The position numbers and the translations under genes were made by a program. Below, one piece after another: positions 12,401 to 23,500 of a DNA stretch of 64,000 nt (within the stretch, counting starts at the first letter, position 1; the number at the start of each line of letters is the position of its first letter). The stretch comes from Lophium mytilinum. Its lineage: Eukaryota. The notes beneath the pieces were generated by a model. The model worked only from the letters and a program-made list of their open reading frames with translations, searched no databases and was not told the DNA's origin. The DNA is taken from positions 806,001 through 870,000 of the forward strand of contig MU004190.1 in assembly GCA_010093605.1 (NCBI GenBank). The letters are read 5' to 3'.

Positions 12401-13305
12401 TACTAGGTCATAAGTCTGAACACACAGAACCCCAAGCAGTGGCTCATACTTATGGCCTGGCACTGGAACTCGATTCAGAGGCTGACAAATAATTAGGCCA
12501 ACGTTACATGGTCATTGTCGAAGCCGATCAGCCCGTTAATGACTACTGGATGAGATCGGACAACCAGAACGCGTGCGCTGCCACCACACAAGCTCTTGAC
12601 ATCAAGGGCATCGTTCGATACGATGGAAGCAATGGTACTACACCTACAACAACGGCCTACAACTACACCGGCGAATGCGTTGACGAGCCCTACGCAAGCT
12701 TAGTTCCGTACGTGTCTCTGGATGCGAGCGATGAAGACGAAGAAGATAAGTACGACGTCACGATCTCCGCCAACAGTGCCAACCTCTTCAAATGGTATCT
12801 GTCGGGCACGACCTTCCAATCCCAGTACGACAACCCAACACTCTACCAGTACTACCAGAACGGATCGGCCCCAACATACAGTGGGAACCTTATCTTAGAT
12901 GTTCCCAACGAGGGCGAATGGGTCTACATCATCATCGAGAGCGGCGTCGCCCTTCCGCATCCCATCCATTTGCACGGCCACGACTTCTTCGTCCTTGCTG
13001 AGGGCAACGGTACCTATGACGACAGCGTGGACCTGAAGCTGAGCAACCCTCCCCGCCGCGACACGGCTCTCCTGCCAGCCGCTGGCTACATCGTCCTCGC
13101 CTTCCAGACCGACAATCCAGGCGCCTGGCTCATGCATTGCCACATTGGCTGGCACACGTCCATGGGCTTCGCGCTGCAGTTCCTAGAGATGAAGTCCAAG
13201 ATCAAGGGCACGATCACCGACTCGTGCGTGCTAACCGGTACTTGCGACACTTGGAAGGACTATGCGGACGCGAATAATGTAGAAGTGGAGGATTCTGGTG
13301 TTTAA
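9467..13305 (+). CDS. Secreted modular multicopper oxidase (laccase-like, AA1) with 2x hevein/CBM18, 2x PAN/apple-like domains and a Ser/Thr linker; about 1215 aa
   Basis: Exons 9467-9774, 9844-12374 and 12497-13305 join in frame via GT-AG introns. Signal peptide present; Cu motifs HFHG, WYHSH, HPIHLHGH, HCHIGWH; C-terminal DSGV; CCS-x-YG-x-CG hevein motif. Confidence 0.9.
10610..11500 (+). repeat. Coding tandem repeats in the Ser/Thr-rich linker (about 16-aa units, then four units of about 15 aa containing SNSANLT)
   Basis: Visible in translation: repeated TPSITSVSSxSISVSS-like units, then (S/T)NSANLT(T/S) four times. Confidence 0.75.
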
Positions 13306-13481
13306 ATCCTTGAACGTTTCGGAGCGGGCGGGCGGAGCAATTTCCCTTGCAGTATCATTCCTAGAAAATTAAAAACTTAATGCCATAATAACATGGTGAG
13401 CGAAATGGGTGGGACTAGGGATGAAATAGATGGAGTCTGAGCCCTTGGAAGCGTTTTGCTGGGCTGTTGGGATATATCCTT

Positions 13482-13549
13482 CGGGCGGTCTCCGGGCAGG
13501 CCCCTTAAAAAGGCCCCTTCGTTACGTGCTCGCTAGCTTATTTTATAAA
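13482..13549 (+). repeat. Left terminal inverted repeat (68 bp)
   Basis: CGGGCGGTCTCCGGGCAGG...CTTATTTTATAAA is the exact reverse complement of 17686-17753. Confidence 0.95.
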
Positions 13550-16500
13550 TATCACAATACTTACGGGCCTTACAGGCCTTATACGCAACACTAAAAAATT
13601 AATAACTCTATTAAATTTTGCGCGTTTCTTCTACTATATTACAGCCTTATTAAACACTATTAGATTATTATTTTTACGGGCGCGTTTTATTTCTAGGGCC
13701 TTATTAGGTCCCTAGAATAATGCCGGGCGCTTTAAATTTCTACCTATTTTTCTACCTCTTTTTCTACCTCTTTTTCTACTCCCTTTAGGACGACCTCTCT
13801 TAGCCTTTCTAGGAGGACTAGGACTATTATCTAGAATAGGCTTAGTATTAAGAATTAACTTATCTAAGCCCTTAATATTTACACGCTTATAGTTATATTA
13901 AATAGAGTTCCAGGGCGGCAGCCCTATACTCTTAGCATGCTAAGAAGCTAGTAGAGGTGGAATTAGCTATAAATTTAGGTATAGATCTCTATATAGCGTG
14001 CTATATATAATATTCTTATTATCTAGATTACTAAGAAATATATTCTTATTAATTTTAACGTCCTTCTTTAGTACCCCTACTTCTTTCTTATACCTTTTAG
14101 CGTGCTCTATAGGCTTCTTCTTCTTTTTATTCTTATTCTTATTACTACTACTCTTATTAATATTATTTAGCTTTTCTATAATACTAGCATTAAATTTTAT
14201 AAGGTTATATATTAGCTTAGTATTAATCTATAGAGTTCTTCTTTTTTTAGCCTAAGCCTCTTTCTATAAATAAGTATTAGTAGAACGCTTAGTAACCTCT
14301 ATACTAGTTAAAGCCCGCTTATTTATCTACCTGTATTATTTTCTATATTATAGCTAAGAAAGCCTTAATAGTATAATAGTAAATTCTATATTACTTTATA
14401 GTTAATAGAGCTTAGCCTTTCTCTCTAATTACTTTATAATCTTAGCCTCTAAGGCCTTAATTTATATAGTAATCTTAGCCGCGTTATTATCTAGAAGGCC
14501 TGCGTAGGCGTTAATAATATAGAGGGCTAAGTCTTATATTTTATTAAGCTTAAGAATATATTCTAATACTAAATTACTATAGAGAACTATGCCCTCTATA
14601 AAATAAGGCTACTAATCCTCTTAAACCTTATAGGCTAATATAATATACTAGCGGGGGTAAATATATTCTAAGGGAATAGGCGTGCCTATAAGAATTACAC
14701 GTAGAAGGTAATATGCGTATAGTAGGCTAAATTAACGCGGGTTATTATATATATAATAAGATAGAGTCTAATTCTTATTAGTATACCGCGTACGCTTTAA
14801 AAAAGGTAAGGCGTAAGCTTTACAGAGTAAATTAAATACCCGGAGGAGTGTAAAGTAAGTAATCTTTCTATTAATAGATGTAAAGAACGTTTAGTAATAA
14901 TTAAGAGTAATTTTCCTAGGTAGGGCGGTCTTATACTAATATTCTTCCTCTTTTAAATAGTATTCTAGAATATTAATCTACTCTTTTAATTTTCTTATAT
15001 ATCTATTAAGGCTTAGCTAGGGGTTTATAAAGTACTTTAAGGCTCTATTTATACCTTTAGAGTATATAGAGCTAGTAGCTTTAAGATTTAGAAGCTTTCT
15101 AGCGAGGTGTAAGTTAATAAAGTTAAATAAGAAAATAAGATAAGGCAGGCAGTATAATAGGTACGCCGGTGTAATATAATATATATAGGCTATATATAGG
15201 CTACTCTTATATATTTTTAGTTTATAGTAAGTATATAGGTAAAAACGGGTAGGCTATAGGGCCTTATATATAAGCTTGCACCTACCTATATATAAGATTA
15301 ATATAGAAGGCGTACTAAGTATACCTCTATATACTAAATCCTTATAATATACCTATCTTTAACACGCGCGGAGTATATAGATAATAAAAATAATAGAAAA
15401 ATTTAAAATAATAATAAAAGAAGCTCTAAAACTTACTAGATATAGACTATTATTAAGTACTCTTCTTTCTTTATATACGTGTTCTAGAACTAGGGCTTAT
15501 TAATTTTAAGAAGGTAATCTAAAACCGCTTAGTAATTTTTTTTAAGCTCTTCTTCTATCTTAGATTAAATATATAGCTAGAATATAGCCTTAGCTGCCTT
15601 TCTTTTAGACTAGGTATAGCTCTTGCCTTTATTAACGCTATTATTAATATACTTCTTTATTACCTTTACAGTATACTACTAATAAAGCTATAGAATAATA
15701 CTAATAAACTTACCCGCTAAAAGGGCAGCTCTTAGCCTCTTTCTAAAGTTAGCTATAATTACTTTAGGCCCGCGGTTCTCTTACTATATATTTCTATTAG
15801 CTATAGCTAATAGAAAGGCCTAGGAGGCCTTATCCTCCTTCTTTATAAGAGACTATATAGCCGGAAAGAAGTATCTAGTATTTATTACGCCTATAATAAG
15901 GCTAAGCTTTAGCTTTACCCTATTTATATTAAATATAGCGTCTATTTAATAATAGTAGTCTATAATAAAGCGCTTGCTAAGATTCTCTTAGCCTAGTAGC
16001 TAGAAGACTACTTACTTAAGATTGCGGGCAATATAGTAGCTAGTGCGCGGGTTAACTTTATAGAAGTAGTAAGAGTAATATTTAAAGCTATTTTTATAGA
16101 GAGATAGCTCTAAGGTAGAGAGGGCGTTCTACTTTATACGCGTATTATATAGAAGAGTACGCAGCTTATAAGCTATATTATAGTACTTTTTTTTAGATAT
16201 TTTTAATTTCTAGAGCCCTAGTTAACGCGCTATAGTTGCATAAGTCTCTTCTATACAGCGTAGCTTAATAGTATAGTAATAGGCCTTAATAGCCTTAGGC
16301 TAGCAATCTTAGTAAGTAATATAGGCTATTAAATTAGGTATTATTAAGTGCGCGGTATATAGAACCGCGCTATATTTATAGATATAATTAGGGTATATAA
16401 CTATAGAGATCTAGGTATAGTTCTTTAGGTTTTTATATAGCTTTTTATAGGCTATATAGACTACCTATAAGTAGTTAAATTATAATACTATAGTATTCTC

Positions 16501-17685
16501 TCTCTATCTACTACTAGGCCCCTTCTTCTTAAAGTCTATAAGCTTATAATAGTTCTAAGTATCCTTACTATAGTATTTATAAATAATATAAATATACTAT
16601 TTTTTAGTATCTTTCTATAGTAAGCTGCTATTATGTACGCCTAAAAACCCCTTAAAAAAGAAGTAATTAAGGTACCTCTTAATAGCCTTATCTAGCGTCT
16701 TATACGCCTTACTATTCTTTAGTTTATAGAGGTAGTAAGCCGGAATTTAATTAATTATCCCTTTAATAATAGGCACTAATTAGGGGTGTAATTAGGGGCT
16801 TAAAACCTATAAAGGGCGAGGCGCAGGGGGCGTTAAAGGGTTAGAATTAAGCTAGGGCTTATTAGAGAGTATATAGTAATATTCTAGGGCTATAGAAGTA
16901 TAGTAGTAAGAAGTTATATATATATAATATTCTTAGTAAGTAGGTAATAACTTAATAGAATCTAAAAGTAATAGAAACTTAGTAGAATACGCTAGTAGAC
17001 TACTTTTAGTATAATTTATAGGGGCTAGAGTCTTAAAAGGTATAGGACTAGAGCTCTAGATACTTAGCTAGTATAAAAGTATACTCTATGTAGGTATAAG
17101 AGGTATAAGAGGTATTAATTTAATTAGAATTAGCCTCTCTTTACGGCTAGGCGTATAGCTATAGGCCTAGCTATTTATATAAGTATATAATTAAGTAAAT
17201 TAAGTAGGCTGCAGGCGTAAAGGCTATATAAAATAGAAAGGCTATTAATAGAAAGACTATATATAGGCTAAGTATAGTAATAGAATAATATAAGGTAGTA
17301 GAGAAGGCCTTTTAATTAAGAATTTATATAAAGAAAGAGGGCTTTCTTTATTATCTAATAATAGATTAGATATTACGTATATAGAGAATAGATAGAAAAT
17401 AAAGATAGAAGAGAAAGAAGCTATTTAACGTTAAAATTAATAAAATTAGTAAGGATTTCTATATTAAATACACCTACACAGGCGCGTTAAGTGCGCGGTT
17501 CCCCGCTATTAATTAATAATATATTCTTGCTTCTATCTAAACCCTACGCGCTAGCTATAATGCATAGACACGTAGCTATTAATCTATTGCGTTAGATTCT
17601 AATTGCGATGAATATTAGTAGAGTTATAATTTTTTACGTGGGGGGCTACTAACGTGGTAGTATTAATTTTAAAGATTTTATGTTG

Positions 17686-17753
17686 TTTATAAAATAAGCT
17701 AGCGAGCACGTAACGAAGGGGCCTTTTTAAGGGGCCTGCCCGGAGACCGCCCG
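17686..17753 (-). repeat. Right terminal inverted repeat (68 bp)
   Basis: Exact reverse complement of 13482-13549. Confidence 0.95.
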
Positions 17754-18081
17754 TATATCCTTCTGAACCTTTTCTAGTGTAAATAATATGAACTAAAGCT
17801 TCGTGCTATTTTCTATATCTGTAACATGTTCCTAGCCTTGTTCATCTTCGAGGTCAACGCTGCTGTGACGAAGAGTTTCCAGACGTCGAGGTGATCACCC
17901 CTGAGTCGATCATCGCCCTGAGCGGGCAAGTGAATTGAACCCTGCCAAGCCAGCCCCATGCACGAGCCACGTGGTGAATTCAACCTCAGCCCCTTCCGTC
18001 TGACCATACGCACACCACAATACACCCACACTCCTTCCCTTCCCACTCTTTTCCAATACCAAGCATGCCCGTCCGCGCGTA

Positions 18082-19846
18082 ATGAATCGCCCCTTCACCA
18101 AAGCCGGGAACCCCTTCAAACCCGCCTTCTCTTACCTCTCCAAATCGAATTCCGACTCGCATCCAACCTCAAAACGCTCCGGACACCGCTCGCAAACCTC
18201 CCCACCGCCCAATGATCCAGCCGCCGACCTCGACTCCGACCTTGAAAACCAGAATCAGGGCGCCATGTCCCGCCATTCGTCTCACAGCTCGAGCCAATCC
18301 TTCTCTGGCCTCGCGCCTGGCCCTATACCCCTAATCGATATCTCGCGCTCCCCCTCGCCATACCCGCGGAGTCGTAGCGCAGCTCAGAGCGAAGATGAGG
18401 ATGACGATGACTTTGAGCCCGCGAGCTCGATACGGCCGCTCGTCGCGTCGGATATTGGCAGCGGAGGCCAAGGACGGGGGGGATGGAAAAGCATATTTAG
18501 AGCCGGGGGCTTGGGGGGTTTCTTCTTTGGGACGTGGATGGGATGGCAGGTTTATGTGGGGTTATTGGTCTTCTGGGTGGGGGGCTGTGGGTTTGGGTTG
18601 TTGCTGATGAATCGGTTTATCATGTTGAGTAAGTTGGGGAGCTTCATGCCCTTTGTCAATCGAGTTTTGGAGAGAACAGGGCTAATTTATATGCAGCTGG
18701 AGTGTACAAGTTTGTGTATCCGTTAACGGCAACATATCTACAGCTTCTCATCACGCATCTTCTCCTACTCGGATCGGCGAGCTTGAGCAGAGGCATTGCG
18801 CGGCCCCTAAGAAAGATTGGGCTGGGCGCTGCTGTTGCGCCTTCTTTGCCGGCCGCTCCACCGGGTGGTGGTAGATTCAGGGACTCGAACAAAAGCAGGA
18901 TACCTTTCATACAGTTCGGACGGTGGCTGTCCACTGGTACAGGGGGCATCGCAGGAGGAGGAATATTTGAATTCGATAGACAGATCGCGAAACAGGTGCT
19001 ACCATTAGCTGTGGTATATGTCGCCAAGGTTGTGCTGAGTAACCTGTCATTTGCGTAAGGCCCCCCCCCATTCTTCAGTCATGCTGCAAAATACTGACAA
19101 TAAGCTCTAGCTACGCTGTCCTCCCCATGTACCAAATCGCCCGAATTGGCGTCGTTCCCCTATCCCTCATAATCTCCGCCTTCCTCCAACGCGAGCAACA
19201 CTCCATCTCGACCCTCTCATCCTCCCTCGTCGCTACCCTCAATCTCCTCCTGGCCAGCATCCGCCCCGGCGTCCGCGTCACCTGGGAAAGCATCGTCGCC
19301 GGCGTCTTCTCCTCGTTTTTCGTAGCACTCTACCCCATCCTCCTCCTCCGCACCTACCGCGCCCTCGTCGCCGGGCTCGTCCCTCAAGGCGACATCCTGA
19401 CCGGCTACCCCTCCACCACCGCCGACGAATCCACCAGCAACCGTGAGGAAACCCGCGCCTACTGGCGCACCCTCCACTACACCTCTTTAACCGCCCTCGC
19501 CATCCTGACGCCCCTCGTCCTTCTCTCGGGCGAGGTCGGCAACATCCTGCACAACTGCTACATCCTCGACGTGCCCTTCTTCTGGCTGCTGGTCGTGTGC
19601 GGCGGCATCGGCAGCTGGGCCGTCTTCGCTTCCACGCTCTTACTGGCTAAAGCAACGAGTCCCCTCACCGCTACATTTGTTGCGATTCCGCGGTCGGCGT
19701 TCCAGCTGGTTGTGCTGAGCCACTTTAATATCCCGATTCATTCGTGGGTCGGTGTGGCGCTGTGTTGGGTTAGTAGCGTGTGGTTCCTTGTTGCGCGGAG
19801 GGATGAGGGCCGGACGCTGGATCGGCTGAGGTTGGAGGGGAGGTGA
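18082..19846 (+). CDS. Nucleotide-sugar/triose-phosphate transporter family (DMT) protein, GDP-sugar transporter-like
   Basis: Exons 18082-18628, 18697-19054 and 19111-19846 join in frame. LLMNRFIM-TGVYKFVYPLTATYLQL, SNLSFAYAVLPMYQIAR and KATSPLT; multiple TM helices. Confidence 0.82.
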
Positions 19847-20516
19847 TCCGGTCGGCCTGTTAGTGCTGCATCATTTATGGAAGGGATTAATCGGAAGAGT
19901 GGGGCATTTTAGCGATTATACGGTGTGTAGTGTGGAATGCAGTGTCGAGTCATATATTTTTGGATGCTTGTCTGCTGATGATAGGGGTGCTTTGATGCGG
20001 CGTGAAGGTTTCGAAGGCGATGCGTGATTCGGCACCGCGTGATTTAGAAGGTGCATTGAACGCATGTGATAAGCCGGTGAGTTGACTGAGCCGCCTCAGG
20101 CACCACGGTAAGGGTGGAATATCGCTATGCCCGAACACGCTTTGACATCATGGAGGAGTGCTTCAGCAGTGGCATGTGAGTTTACACAAGCCTGTCAAAA
20201 GATGTTCTTATCACGTGCCGTTTCACGTTTCACGGGGAGGGCCCTATGTACCCCGATTACCCTAACTCGTCGGTCACATCTCTACGTACGCCTATCTACC
20301 CCTGATCGAGGGTTCTCCATGCGGCGATAGAGACCCTTCTCGGAACAGCGAGTAAATTTGCCAAACAGTCTCAGACAAAGTTAAAGAGTGCACGCAAGGT
20401 CGAGACTGCGGCCCATCGCCCTAAGTATCTGTTGAGTGGCTTGAAGCGTTACATACAGTTACAGAATCGGGTAAACGAGTTGATGACGAGGCATATCGGA
20501 GCCATGGCGCTCCTTG

Positions 20517-20557
20517 CGGCCCCGAGCTCGCAGCTCTTTACGGCCCCGAGCTCGCAG
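20517..20557 (+). repeat. 17-bp direct repeat, two copies (CGGCCCCGAGCTCGCAG), 24-bp period
   Basis: Copies at 20517-20533 and 20541-20557. Confidence 0.8.
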
Positions 20558-23500
20558 TCACACGCCGAAGAGAGGGGTTGACGTCTCGCTCCCGATCCTT
20601 CCCTATCATACGGGCTTTCTGTGCTACGGTGCGTTGGCGTCGCCGCTCCGAGGGCCGGAAGCATGTGAGAATCGGCACTGGTGGGTGGGTATATTAGAAG
20701 AGGGGGATGCCCCGTTGGAAGGGAGGAAGCAGGAGTAGGAAGTGGGGAGTTAGGAATCGACAGAGGTTAAGAGACCTCAGAATGGAGAGGGGGGTGGGAG
20801 ATGGACGAGTTAGAAAAGCTCATACCAATAACAGCAACATGGGCTGGGAGCTTCTGGGAGATGTAGTCGTGGCATGGCGGGCTGGGAACAGAACCATTAT
20901 GGATTTTGAGTTATGGTTCTTGGGGAGTGGTGTGTGGTCCAGGATGTTGTCTTGAAATCGGATTGACAGGAATGGAATGGCTGGATTGGAGTTGTTCATG
21001 GGTGCTGCGACAATAACCAAAAGACTACACTCTTCATGGTGGAAGACCGAACCTGTACCACCTTTCTCTCGGACTCGGTGGAAAAGCTCGTCTAGCAACA
21101 TTCATCGATACGACAAACGACTCAGATTAAGGAACCATGGGGCAGCTCCGACAGCAGTTTACGAAAGCAGTGCGCGTGGCTGTCATGGCACTGCGAGAGT
21201 GATGTTGGGATATCTTCCCTGTCGGGAATATACGACAAACAGCTAGACGGGAATGGTCCGGAGTCTCTACATCCAATCAACCCAAAGGAACTCATGTTGA
21301 GTCGCAAGAACCAATTTGGAAAGACGAGAGTTAAAGTCACGGAATGGGGTGTGGTGGATCGGCTTTCTTCAGCTCCAGATCCCTAGCAACCGATAATGGT
21401 CTAGACTTAATCAAATGGTAATCAAACCGCATGGAACGTACTCCTGTCTCAAGGATCGAAGACACTGATCCAATTGTTTCATGGGGGAGCTGGCAGACTG
21501 GCGAATCAGCACCTACAGTCGGTTCACACATGTTGGCGGTATTCACAATCCACAGCCAACCGAGTTATGGGCAAAGTCTCGGAGCATTTCAGCAAGATCG
21601 AAAAAAGCCCTTGAGGCACATTATGAAAGATTGAAAGACCGATCCGATTGTTTGCATGGAATCTTGGAAGGCCGCTTCAAAAAAGTGGTCATATCCAACC
21701 AATGTCCTCCTGAGTCTCTTCCAAAAAGACCATGTCGCAAAACCATGGTCTGTCTTTCGATAAAATCTCTACTGCGAGGAGTGCATGCTGCTCGGGCCAT
21801 GGCTCTCGTCTTGAATCCTCCTTGGAGCAAAAAACAAGCACTCATCTAAGTCAGGTGATGTAACTAATTAGTTCTAGAGTATCATGAGACACTTGCGGGA
21901 CCGTGTTGGCGCACACTCTCTCCCGTCTCAAGCTGATGAAACAATTCCAAACGGCCGCTTCCGTTCAACTGATGTCCGGTATGGTCATCCCGTCCCGCCT
22001 AGGCCGACGTATGGCAGAAACCTAGAAACCTGAGTCATGGGAGGAAGTTCATAGCACTTCCAGCAAAGCTACATGAGTCTGGTGGATTGGCTGGCAATTG
22101 AGAGGCCAAACGTATCCGCGTTCAAAATCACAAGTCCAAAAGACCCTATGGGTGTGGGTGGTCTGTTTGCTGGCGAAGCCTATTCAGAATACTCTTCCCG
22201 GACCATAGTCGTTCATGGGAGGCCCTCGGTATAGTCTCTTGTATCGAGGAGCCAAACTGACAATTACTATTTCGGAAAGGTTTTGAATTCGGATACGAAG
22301 GTATTCATGGCAGCGACTTGTCTGGTGGCTCCATGTTTTACTTTCGAAGATCAAAATCACAAGACTCCATAATTCATGTCTTGAGTGACAGTCAAGAGGA
22401 CCTTTCTCGACCTAAACGCCTTGGCCCATCAACTAGAGGCTTATGACTTGGTATGCAAGTCAGGATCCTAAACTCACTAAGAGTGCACACGGGTTTAAGA
22501 TGACTAGGATTTTGAAGATGTATGCGAGTAACTGGGGATGTAGAGCCACAATGGAAACCGAACTCCGGTATGCTTGCGGTATGGTCTTTCCGCTTGGATC
22601 TCTTTGCACTTTTGATCCGGGTATCATGAATGCGTCAACCTCCCTCCCATGGCGCGCTCTGAGTCCTGGCGTCAAAATGATATCATTATCACAACACAAT
22701 GTGTGAAGAAACTTGTGGTGCACCAGTTTCGTTTTCACTATAAACAAATTCACACACCGCCTTCATGAGACCGAGAGTCGTTTGTGGGAAATATTCTACT
22801 CACGTCTGCCGCGGAGGAGTATGCAAAGCGGTCAGGATCGCTGCCACTCTATTTTAAACTAAAGTCGATAAAGAGCACATGTGCAGTGCATCGTGCTGCG
22901 TAGCCATCTCAGCCAGACGACAGTGTCAGTCAATGTCGGCAGCACGTATGACGATTAGAAGACTGCGAGAACAACAGCGAGGGAAAACTTCTGCCCTAGA
23001 TCGATACTCATACTGGTTCTATGGGTGGAGAAGTTGGTTAGTGGCATTTAGCCCCAAGCCACGAACGAAAGCACAAGATCTTCCATAAGACGACTTCCCT
23101 TTGTTGTAGATTTAGGGCCACGAACATTTTGTTCCAATTTTCGATTGCTCTAGATAATCAGGTCGCTAGTAATGGTGATCCATGTTTGGAGCAGAACCCA
23201 ACTGCTCTGAGGTTAGAGATGGTGAATTGTGTTCTTTCTGCCTAGTTGTTTAAAACTCCGGTCGGAGATAGAAATATGTTGTCGTCTGCATCCCGGAACG
23301 GAGACTTGTAACGGATTCGATAGTGAAAAGCACATGCGGTCTACTTGATGATGAAGCAAAAACACATTACTACACACACATGATGGCGCTGGAGAGGTTT
23401 GAGTGAGTTGGACACTTGAAAGACGTCGACAGCGATAGCGATGTTTAGTCGAGAGACGACCTAGTAAAATCCGAGTCCAACCGCGTCCATGTTGGGAGTA

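Larger units (their letters stand above)
13482..17753 (-). mobile_element. Mutator-like (MULE) DNA transposon, 4272 bp, inactivated by RIP
   Basis: Perfect 68-bp TIRs and a 9-bp TSD TATATCCTT (13473-13481 and 17754-17762). Minus-strand relic at about 15945-15800 reads IDAIFNINRVKLKLSLIIGVINTRYFFPAI*SLIKKEDKAS, resembling the MULE DxTxxTN...G...E core. Interior is TpA-rich. Confidence 0.92.

Noticed and set aside
13998..14255. Hydrophobic 85-aa ORF in the AT-rich block
   Set aside because: Artefact of RIP-driven AT richness within the MULE.
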